A stretch of 53,277 bases of DNA from Porphyridium purpureum (lineage: Eukaryota): the NCBI GenBank assembly GCA_008690995.1, contig VRMN01000029.1:1-53277 (forward strand). The letters run 5' to 3'. The translations under genes and the position numbers were made by a program. Below, in pieces: positions 34,901-45,216 of the stretch (positions within the stretch are counted from its first letter, which is position 1; every line of letters starts with the position of its first letter). The notes under the pieces are model-generated. The model did no database searches, had not been told where the DNA came from, and saw only the letters and a program-made list of their open reading frames with translations.

Positions 34901-36430
34901 AGCGCGCGGCGGTCGAGTGGTACCGCAAGGCCGCGGAACAGGGGTACGCAAACGCGCAGTGTCTTTTGGGCGTTTGTTACAGCAACGGGGAGGGCGGGCT
35001 GCCGCAGGACAAGCGCGCGGCGGTCGAGTGGTACCGCAAGGCCGCGGAACAGGGGTACGCAGCGGCGCAGAGTAATTTGGGCGGTTGTTACTGCAACGGG
35101 GAGGGCGGGCTGCCGCAGAACAAGCGCGCGGCGGTCGAGTGGCTCCGCAAGGCCGCGGAACAGGGGTACGCAAAGGCGCAGAGTAATTTGGGCGTCTGTT
35201 ACGACAACGGGGAGGGCGGGCTGCCGCAGGACAAGCGCGCGGCGGTCGAGTGGTACCCGCAAGGCCGCGGAACAGGAGACGCAGGCGCGCAGTTTAATTT
35301 GGGCGTCTGTTACGACAACGGGGAGGGCGGGCTGCCGCAGGACAAGCGCGCGGCGGTCGAGTGGTACCGCAAGGCCGCGGAACAGGGGTACGCAGCGGCG
35401 CAGAGTAATTTGGGCGTTTGTTACGAAGACGGGTGGGGCGGGCTGCCGCAGGGACGAGGGCGCCGCGGTCGAGTGGTTTCGCAAGGCCGCGGGCAGAGGA
35501 GACGCAGAGGCGCAGTTCAATTTGGGCGTTAGTTACAAGAACGGAAAGGGCGGGCTGCCGCAGGACGAGCGCGCCGCGGTCGAGTGGTACCGCAAGGCCG
35601 CGGAGCAGGGACTCGCAGCGGCGCAGTTTAAGTTGGGATTTTCTTACGAGAGCGGATTTGGCGGTCTGCCGCAGGACAAGCGCGCGGCGGTCGAGTGGTA
35701 CCGCAAGGCCGCGGAGCAGGGGTACGCAGCGGCGCAGTTTAATTTGGGCGTTTTTTACGACGACGGCTGGGGCGGGCTGCCGCAGGACAAGCGCGCGGCG
35801 GTCGAGTGGTACCGCAAGGCCGCGGAACAGGGGTACGCAGCGGCGCAGAGTAATTTGGGCGTTTGTTACGAAGACGGGTGGGGCGGGCTGCCGCAGGACG
35901 AGGGCGCCGCGGTCGAGTGGTTTCGCAAGGCCGCGGAGCAGGGAGACGCAGAGGCGCAGTTCAATTTGGGCGTTAGTTACAAGAACGGAAAGGGCGGGCT
36001 GCCGCAGGACGAGCGCGCCGCGGTCGAGTGGTACCGCAAGGCCGCGGATCAGGGAGACGCAGAGGCGCAGTTTAAGTTGGGCTTTTTTTACGAGAGCGGA
36101 TTTGGCGGTCTGCCGCAGGACAAGCGCGCGGCGGTCGAGTGGTACCGCAAGGCCGCGGAGCAGGGGTACGCAGCGGCGCAGTTTAATTTGGGCGTTTGCT
36201 ACAGCAACGGGGAGGGCGGGCTGCCGCAGGACAAGCGCGCGGCGGTCGAGTGGTACCGCAAGGCCGCGGAACAGGGAGACGCAGACGCGCAGTTTAATTT
36301 GGGCAATAGTTACAGCAACGGTGTGGGCGGGCTGCCGCAGGACAAGCGCGCGGCGGTCGAGTGGTACCGCAAGGCCGCGGAACAGGCAAACGTAAATGGG
36401 CTGGATGATTGGATAAGACCAGGTTTATAG
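31975..36430 (+). CDS. MLKL-N-terminal-like domain + protein kinase (TKL-like) + coiled coil + Sel1-like repeat array; frameshift at about 35451
   Basis: N-terminal LIPFV..I..I.DYVQAAQANHKSCGKLAERA..ELESEL resembles the MLKL_NTD helical bundle. Kinase motifs: GGGGYG, VAIK, HRDMKP, DFG, APE, DVWSYG. Sel1 repeats AQxxLGxxYxxG.GGLPQD..AVEWYRKAA. The gene continues in ORF 34469..36430 after a +1 base. Confidence 0.9.
34582..36390 (+). repeat. Coding tandem array of 111-bp (37-aa) Sel1 repeats, about 16-17 units
   Basis: GAGTGG recurs every 111 bp from 34582 to 36359, with one 112-bp step at the frameshift. Confidence 0.97.
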
Positions 36431-36507
36431 CGTTCGCGTAAAGCGAGAATGGTTAGAGGTGATTTTTGGGAAGGGAAGGGTGTGGTCTACAGTTTAAAAT
36501 TACTATA

Positions 36508-38054
36508 CAGTCCTGGCCAAGTTAGTTGTCCCACAGGATTAAATGAAGTTTTTTGTGAATAACTCAGCTTTTCGACTAGGTTGTCGTCTGTTTTGATGGC
36601 ACGAAACGAATCCGCGGCACGGGAAAGCGGTAAGGGCTTAGAAAGGCATCGTAGAACAGTGAGACACCTGTGAGAAGGGCCGCAGAAAAGAAATACAATG
36701 AAACAGGTTGATGAGGACAAACACGCTTATGAGAAGAGATTTAACTGTCTTAACGAAACTAGTACTTGGTTTGACGGCCACCGGCGTCGATGCAAGCTTG
36801 CAGACGACGGGGCATGCTCTCGAAAAGTGCCTCAACATACTCTGGCGCTTCCGTTCGCCAGCAGTCATAGATAACTGGAAGCATGTCATCGAGGCGCATA
36901 AACTGGCGTCCCTGCCAATGCACACGGCGAGAAACGATCGCCCACAGATTCTCAACTGGATTCAAGTCCGGCGACCGCGCTGGCCAATCAAGTAGTGCGA
37001 TTCCGACCGTGTCAAACAGCTCGCGCGTGCTCAGCGCTGCATGTCCGGGCGCATTATCTTGCTGAAATATGAATGGACAATCCGGCTGATCAAGGCGCCA
37101 AGGCAGTTCCAGTGCCCAGGGCATCATGACGTTCAGCATAACCTGCCGATATCCCTCGGCATTCAGCGAGCCTTGAACACGATGCAGCGTACTCAGTCCG
37201 TGCCACGACATGGCACCCCAAAACATTGCGGATCCTCCGCCACTGTGGCGACGCATGGTTGGCGCGGACTCAGGGCCTTGCGTGCGCTGATAAGTCTTGT
37301 TGTACCCGTGCGGCCCGTCCAGCCGAAAGATCTTTTCATCCGAGAAGATGACATTCTTCCAAAACGATAGCGGCTTGTGAACGTATTCTCGGGCAAATGC
37401 AAGCCGCTTGACTCGGTTCTTTTCCGAAATGAAGAACTTTCGCCTCTGTGCGATAATACGAACCTCCAGTGATCTCTACAGGATATGACCAACAGTTCTC
37501 GCACTGCACACAAGCTGCAGCTCCGTCACTGCCTGTGCAGACGTCAACCTATCCGTAATGACGTGCCGAATCAGGCGACGCTCCAATTTCGGCGATATTG
37601 TCCGTGCCGGTCCGGGCTTCTTGAAAACCCTTTTCTTGCCTCGATTCTTCAGAAATCGCTCCACAGTCTTGTACGATGGTCGGGTCTTGTCTGGTCGCGG
37701 ACGAAGACGTGCTGCAATGGCCGGCGGCGTCAGAAAGAGCCGGTGCAGAGCGTCAATCTGGCTTTCCTTAAAGTCGGAGAGCCGTGGTGCCATGTTTCCG
37801 ATGCTTGCGGTTGCTGGACTTGGTCGCGATCGTGTGCCCGAGTGCAGTAGATGCGTTAGTCTTCTTTCACATGTCTTGAACACCTTCATGGCCTCATGGG
37901 GTCCGTGAAAGCGCGCGCTGACCTCTGACCTGAGGAAAAAAAACATGTTAAAGGTATAAACAGTTAATTTCTGTCTCCGCAAACGGTTTACTAGCTTATC
38001 TTCTATCATTTTGGCAGAAAATAATTTGAAAGCGAAAATAATTTCTAGGTACTG
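36508..38054 (-). mobile_element. Tc1-family DNA transposon
   Basis: TA-CAGTCCTGGCCAAG left end, a weak ACTG right end (TIR match poor, so the right boundary is uncertain), and an internal Tc1 transposase. Confidence 0.75.
36759..37793 (-). pseudogene. Tc1 (DDE) transposase with a single in-frame TAG
   Basis: One frame from ATG 37793: HTH region, FSDEKIF, FQQDNAPGH and SPDLNPVENLW. The only lesion seen is TAG at 37476-37478. Confidence 0.92.
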
Positions 38055-38378
38055 TGACAGTAAAAATCATCTGTTTTCCAACGAAATGCACCTATCGCGT
38101 CGCTTCATGTATAATTGAAAACTAGTGTCTGTGCAAATGATAGAAGAAAATTTACATATACCAATCTCTTGTTTTATAAGTAAGACGTTACCATCACTCT
38201 TTTGGGTTGCGATTAAGCAAGTCAAGCAAGTACCAAGCATTGAAAGTAAAACGCAGCGAGTGGGCGAGCTTGTGTGAGGCGAAATGCGCCCTTTGTTTTT
38301 GTGTTCGAAGCGAATCACGGTGAGAGTAGGCGAGGTGTTGCGAGTTGATTGCTGCAGGAGAGCGAACCGGGCGCCGCC

Positions 38379-40544
38379 ATGGACTTGAACGAAAGCGCGG
38401 CATTGATCAACGCGCTCGTAGAGCAAGAAGAAACCGTCGACAACGACTGGATGCAGGATGTTCAAGAGTATGCGAGAGCGAGGATAGGAGAAAGTTCGAG
38501 GAGAACTTATAAGACGTACTGGAAGCGCCTCTCTGACTTCTTAGCCCAGCACTATGCTAATACTGGCGCTATCAGCCTTACTGATGAACGAGGCTCTGCT
38601 GAGACGCACTCTGGTATCCAAGCCGGCGCGTCGACGAAAGAAATGGTTGCAAGATACCTCGTGACTCTCAGGAAGAGCAAATCAGATGCTCCTATCGGCC
38701 CTGATGGCCGGGCATCCGCAAAGTCGGCTTTGTGAGCAATATTTGACGATCAAAAAGTCGCAGTGCCTGTCTTCTTCACGACAGAAATCAGCCAGCTGGC
38801 GCGCGGAATGAAGAAAAAGAGATTGCAGGACAAACATAAGGGAAAAGAAAAGGATGACGACGGTAAAATGTACCTGGCGTACTCTTTGTATGTTTTCCTT
38901 TGCTCTTTCTTAATCTCTAACGTCTCCACCCCCGCGCGGGCCGCAGGTCAGAAGGGCAGAGCATCAGGCTCCAGTGATACAACAACTGCTCCGTTTACTC
39001 ACTTGCTCTCCATTCTCTGTTGGAATCTGATGTGCCGAGGAGATAGTACGTAAGACATTACATTCAGACACCTTCATTGGGCGGGCGATGCTCTTGGTGT
39101 CCATTTTACAACGGCCAAAAATGATACGGACGGAGAAGGCCTCGCACGGGAGACAAAACACGTTTATGCAAACCCGACCGAACCACGGATCTGCGCAATC
39201 CTTTCGCTGGCGATATACTGCGTGAGCGGGCTAACCGCAACCGGCGTCGAACTATTTCCTTGAGGTCATCAAGCCGAGCGCGTCCGTAGAGGCATGCAAG
39301 ATGCATTTTCAAGCCCTTCTTGCTCTATCCTTTTTTCGACATTGGGCAGAAAACCGAAGGAGTTTGGACTTCACTCATTGCGAAAAGGCGCAGCAATGTA
39401 CGCGACATGCGGTTCGGTTGGTGGGTCAAGCTTGATATCGATCCTGCGCAGAGGAGGCTGGTCAGTTGGGGACACGCTCGGGAGGTACTTGCGGGCAGAC
39501 AGCGCTGGTGACCAATTCGTGGGTCGTTGCCTCGCTGGCCTTCCAATAAACAAGGCTACCTTTGCCCTGCTTCCGCCGCACTTTACGACTGAGTCTTTGT
39601 GTAACCAGTTGATTAGCACGAAGATCAACACTGCCATTCACATGGTCTTTCCGTTTGTCGACCTAGCTGAGTACATGAACATGCGTGAAATTCTGCTCAT
39701 GCGTCTGGCCTCTTTAATATTTCATCGCGAGTGGCTACAAAGTACGCTACCAGCCAACCATCCTTTAAGGCAAAAGTTTGTCACGACTGCACCGGAGCTT
39801 GCAGAGCTTGCAGACTACGTAGTCACAACGAGTGAAAGTGGCATGACGGCGACAGGTATCCCGCCTCAGACTGCGATCCTTAAGCAGCTTCAAGAGTTGC
39901 GTCCAGAAAACTTGTTGGACGGAGTGAAGCGCATTTTAGAGGAATGTGCCGTAAGCGGAGACCGCGCGTACCTGGAGCAGCGGCTCGTCGCGATGGAGCA
40001 AAGAATCTAGAGCTCGCTGGCCCGCCTTCTGAGCGGCCATCGTGTGAATAAAGATGAGCGTCGACATGATCGCCCGGTTAAAGCAGAGTCTCTTCTGCAT
40101 TTCTGGAAAGGAAAGTACCGCCTTGTGCCCAAGAAATGGCCCGGCTTGCCCACTGTCTCGCCGGCAGCAGATTGGCAACTCTGGTGGGAAGGATATGAAC
40201 ACAAGTTCTCAGAAACAGAGTCCGTACGCATTTCTGCCTTCCGGCTGTTGAAAGCGTCTGACTTCGCGACCAGGTCCGGTCAGTACGCACTGACTGAGTG
40301 GCGCAATTTGATGACGTATTACACGAATAAGGTACGCATCTTGGAGCCTGCGATTGATCACAGACACCCAAGCTTAGCCGACATCCAAAATATGTGGAAG
40401 GCTCTTGAAAAGCACGGTATCGCGCCAAAGTCTGCTGAAAAGATGACGCAGCGCACAATTCGTGCGTCGAATCGCACAGTTCTAACCACTGCAAAAGTCA
40501 TTCGAAAGCGGAGGCGCGCTGAAAATGTATCCACACTGCCTTAA
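38379..40544 (+). mobile_element. Crypton-like tyrosine recombinase gene (pseudogenised by four in-frame stops)
   Basis: Single frame from a GCCGCCATGG start. Motifs WNLMCR, AKND, HVYANP, HSLRKG, RGGW, RYL and GDQFVGR. Stops at 38733, 39051, 39261 and 40008. C-terminal domain ends at 40544. Confidence 0.85.
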
Positions 40545-42423
40545 CAGGCTCGCACAGCGCCTGGTGCGTGAATCAAAGGAAAACATTTAGAATAAAGCTA
40601 CGTTGCGCATTGATCACTTGACTCGAACTGCTTACGTTCCTCTGTGAGACAATTATGAATCCATCATCCCCCTCCCCCCTCCGCCCTCCGCCCTCCGCCC
40701 TTCCCCTTCCGCCCTCCTCCTGCCCCCTCCCTCATTCCCTTTCTTCGTACCTTGGACCACACACAAACCCGATATCGTTAAAACATGCCATTTTACTATA
40801 TCTTTATCGTCTGTCATTTTGATAGACAATAGTGATGGATAATTGTATAAACATTGATTTTACATGACAACGCTCGTTTTTAGTATAAAACTGGAGTTTA
40901 GATATTGAAATTGCACCTGGGACAGCCATCTTGCCCAGTGTGTACATTGTACATTGAGGTCTAGCGCGTCCAATAACTGTTCCTCAGGGGTCCGACGGCA
41001 GCTCGCACGCACCTTCATAGCATCCCAGTATGCCAACACAATCTGCATCGGTCGAGCACGCATCGCAGCGAAAGCCAACGGCCTCTACCGAAGCTCGCAG
41101 AAAGCCTCGACGCGAGTCGACAAGAACCAGGAGAGTAGCAAGAACAAGCAGTTCCCAGGCAAATCGAGCACGCACGTGAGTGCGAGTGCGTATCGGCATC
41201 GCGGGGAAAGAATCAAATAGAGACGAAAAGCGGGCAACCAATATCGGTGGGCCACCCTTCCGTCCCTTCTGCGCCCATAAATCTGGCCCCAAGCAGGCGA
41301 GAGCGAAGATGAGCCGGCCAACCTCGACGCAGCCTTATCCTCACTTTCCTACAGGTCCAAAGAGCCCCCCTTCCCCAGCCTACCGCCTCTTCCCCACGAA
41401 CACAAACATATTCGCACACACGCACCCACACGCACCACACGTCTCCCTACAGCCACACCATCATCATGTCTTTAAATAGCCACCGCAGCCCATCTCACAA
41501 CTTCATGGACACTCTGTGTTCATCTTCCGGCGCGCGTCGTTGACGGCGCGAAACACACCGATTTTCGTCGCATCGAAAAGTACAATTCAAAAACGCTCCG
41601 GACACAGTCCAAATCAGATGTTGCCAGCGATGGTTTCTAGATATTTTCGTCGTTGTTTTTCCATGCTTTGCGTGGGCGTTTTGCTTCGGAGTCAGTCGGA
41701 AGGGAGGAGTCCGTTTGGATCTCGCATGTGGTCATGGTCGAGGCCGACGAAGCGCAACACACAAGAAAAGCCGCTCTGTACTTGCGTGACACAACGCGGC
41801 GCACACAACGGCGTGTGGGAATAATTTTCCTCTGAGCCGATGAATATTGTTCTCCGCCGTGCTTGTTTTCTACACACCTCGAAGTGAGGCTGCAAAGCCA
41901 TGCGATACGATTTCCAGCAGCTTCGTTTAAAGACCTCATTATTCCTTTTTCGAAGCGCGCGCAATCGCAATTTGATTGGCTCGCATGCAGCAAACGATAC
42001 CAAAAGCGGAGAACGATGTGAATTAAACTTGAACATGATCACGTGATCATGGCGGCACGTCTACCATGCACTGTGCATCGCGAAGCCACTTCTGGGTCAT
42101 TCATCAGAGAATCATTCCCACCGCCCACAACGACATTCGACTCACACAACCCAACGCTTCGCAGTCCAGTTCCAGCCGCTACCACGCGCACGTCCTCATC
42201 TTGTGTCTTCGGCAACGCCGTAGGTAGTAGACAAAGCGGACAGCGCCAGTCAAGCACTGGCTGATGATTAGCCCTTCTCCAAGGGCAGATGAGCACACTT
42301 TTACTGTGCCCAACAAGATGGTCGCTTGGATCTGCACGCCCAAGCACACTCTCCTTTTTTTCTCCGATATCGGCTCCGCAAAGCTGTACTAAGAAATAAG
42401 CCATCAGCCTACGTGCCTTGCGC

Positions 42424-42480
<57 letters not shown>
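42424..42480. repeat. (ACAGGC)n hexanucleotide microsatellite, about 9 copies
   Basis: Directly visible perfect repeat. Confidence 0.95.
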
Positions 42481-42838
42481 TGAACACCATGGCATGGGAT
42501 GCGTTGAAACACCTGTCACGCAGCCCCCCAGGCAAGACGATCGGCACAGACGTGCAGGTTGCATGGCTCATTGCACGATGCACTCGCGCAACCTGTTTGC
42601 GTACCAACATTGTTGAATGAAGCATTGGCGCTCAATCATCTGCCAACTCGTAATTCAAGCTGGCACCCTACTCTACGGACATGTTCCATCTCACTCTGGA
42701 TTCTCACCAGGCTTGCTTGGGTAGCTCACCATGCCGTCTTTCAGTCGCCCCATTCTCCGCTGCAGATACAAGCCAGTGCTTGCGCCGCGAATCCAGCCAC
42801 ATGAATCCAATGGACTGCACGCATCGTGGTACGTGCCG

Positions 42839-43133
42839 TGTTACCAATGCTGTGCCTTTATTTACTCTCTTCTTCTTACCTCTTCTGTCTCCGAGCCAGA
42901 CCTGACCGGCTAGTCCGGGCAGGCGCGTCGCCTTTTTATACCCTTACTTCCGCTAGGGACAGCAAGGCGCCAAGAGAAATGACAATGCAAATCATTGACA
43001 TTTCTGCGCACGTCTAGAAGTTTCCGGAACCTCTAGAAGCTTCTAGAAACGGTTAAACGGTCTGCCAGTTTAACGGCTTACCGGTTTCAGATTAACCGAA
43101 CCGTTCTAGGTGACTGGGGTCGAACGGATAACA
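42839..43133 (-). mobile_element. Solo LTR (295 bp) with a perfect 5-bp TSD
   Basis: TGTTA...TAACA termini, TSD TGCCG at 42834-42838 and 43134-43138, and minus-strand TATAAAA followed by AATAAA. Confidence 0.9.
43016..43049. promoter_or_regulatory. Two tandem heat-shock elements inside the solo LTR
   Basis: aGAAg-tTTCc-gGAAc (43016-43030) and aGAAg-cTTCt-aGAAa (43035-43049), about 75 bp upstream of the minus-strand TATA at 42934-42940. Confidence 0.7.
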
Positions 43134-45135
43134 TGCCGTTGCGTTTAGCCGTTGTCCACTTCTATTCGTCGCAAAACGCTTCTGAATTTCCGATAGAGTT
43201 ATAGTCAGCGAGCTCGCTTGGCTTTCGCATCTTTGACAGCCGTCCAGCGCCATCGCACGCTCGGTGCCGCTCCTGCCGTCGTGTTACACAGGGCGTTTGC
43301 ACTCGCACTCGCTTGAAACCTCGTTTTATATAGTAAAACGTGGTTGTTTTGAAACAGCGAGGGTTTTAGTGATTTTGCACAGTACAATGCCTCTGTTTTA
43401 GTAAGAAAAGTGTGTACTATAAAGGATATTTTATTCGCTATGAGAAACTAAGCATATAAAAACGACCCAAAATTGCGGTGCAATGCATTGCATTGCGATC
43501 CCTAATGGAGAACGAGGAAGCATATAAAAACGACACTGTTTGGATATCTTACTAGAGCATACGAGAATGCCATAGTATTATGATGATAGTGACGGCCAAG
43601 GGGACGAAAGTTGACGCAAGGCGGAGGTGTGTGGGCGATGGTGCGGACGGGGTCGCGCAGTGGTGCGCGGACGGCAGGGCAGGGCGATGGTGCGCGGACG
43701 ACAAACCTTGACGATGGTGCGCGCTGGGGAGGGGCAGGGCGTTGACGAAATTAATGCTTTGCCGGTGATCCGAGCAGAGGCGCTTTTGCCCGCGTTCCGG
43801 GCGCAGGACGATGCATGCGTAACATGTCTTGCTTTGGTCCAAATCGAGCGGTGAGAGAGACGGGCGAGCAGTGACTTTGCTCGATAACGCACGATCTATT
43901 GTGAGCCTGCCGTTTGGGCATGTCGCCGAAGGCTTTTTGATCGCCGGCGTGTAAATCTACGAGCCAACCTGCACGATCGCCGAGACGCTGCACGTGAGTT
44001 GGGAGGTGCCATTCTTTCGCCAGAAAAAATATTTGGCGAGCTTTGTGTAGCAGGATACGGTCGTATCAGCGCTCGCAGGTTTGCACAAGAGGCCAAGGAC
44101 GCGATTTCGGTCTTGTCCGCGTAGTGTGTGAGTCGCACAGGATGTCAGCCCGTTTGATGATGGGCTGCTGCGGCGGGTACGTTTTTTTGATATTGTCGAT
44201 GCCGTGATCATGAGAGACTACTGCAAGGTACGTCATGTGGATGAAGAAGCGAAAGTGCTTTATTCTGCGTTCGGTCGCGATGGCGCGCCCCATGGAAGCG
44301 TCACCGTGTGCGACGATGTCGCGGGAATCGCGGCTTTACTCGGTTCAAACAGGAATATTCGCTTGCGCTTGCTGGCATCCACCGCATGTTAGCAGCGGGT
44401 AAGGATGAGAAACAGTGCGTATCCAAAACAGCTAGGAGAGGTTTGCGATTCATCTTCGCGCGCTAGAGCAATTCGTTGCGTTTGGACGGCGTGCTTGATC
44501 GCAGACGCCACGCACTTTGTCAAGATAGCAAGTATGCAGGTAGCGCACATGAATGGGAATGGGATACACAGCCTGGTTGCATGTGGCGAGGCTACGCCAA
44601 GCATGAAGGGGCATGACGCAAAGGCTGCGTGTGGGTGTAAAGGAATACTGTAATGCTCGCGACCGCGTCGCGTTGAGCTCGCGGGTGCAATCAATCGATT
44701 GCGACTTCTGAGGTTCTGCATTGGCACCGTTCTCTGGGGCTTGGCCACTTTGGTTAGCATGCCGGTGTGTGACTCACCGCTGAAGTGGGCATGCGCGCGC
44801 TTCACGTGTTTTGGGTCAATGTGTGCCTGGTAAAAGCTTGACCGTGTCTGCGGAGCCTGAGGGCCTCTCCGCGCGCGACTTGTGGAATGCGTGCTGTAAT
44901 CCGCGCACAGCACTCGAGGCATGCCCATCTTAAAGGGAGTCACTGCGTCGGGTATTGAAATCAGGCCATTGAGTCATGCTGTGCTCGCTCATTGTGGCGA
45001 TCGCGCGTCTAAAAGCTGTACCGCCATTGTCTCAAAAGGTGCGAAATCGGGGTCCTTGGACGTTATGTACAGCACCGCGCCGCCGCAGTCAGCGCATTTG
45101 CCGGTTCACGTGGAATACTATAGAAGCGACGCTGC

Positions 45136-45216
45136 TCTAGGGTTTACGATTTTACTGTTGGATCCTTAACCTAAAATAACCGCTAGGGTTACTCTAGGGT
45201 TAGGGTTAGAGGCGTT
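45136..45216 (+). repeat. Degenerate interstitial telomere-like tract
   Basis: CTAGGGTTT..CTAGGGTTACTCTAGGGTTAGGGTTAGAGGCGTT. Confidence 0.6.

Noticed and set aside
34582..36390. CRISPR-like or DGR-diversified array
   Set aside because: The variable segments are in-frame Sel1 helices. There is no separate template repeat or DGR-type RT, and the changes are not clearly adenine-restricted.
17479..40010. Alternative genetic code explaining in-frame stops (TM9SF, Tc1, Crypton)
   Set aside because: TGA, TAA and TAG all occur at unrelated residues, and intact genes terminate with standard stops. Ordinary nonsense decay is the simpler explanation.
40860..42700. Degraded DNA transposase (piggyBac-like Cys-rich end)
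   Set aside because: Only a loose Cys/His pattern, with no DDD motifs or TTAA-flanked TIRs identified.
43450..43534. 17-bp direct repeat AAGCATATAAAAACGAC x2 as a transposon end
   Set aside because: No matching opposite terminus or TSD was found.
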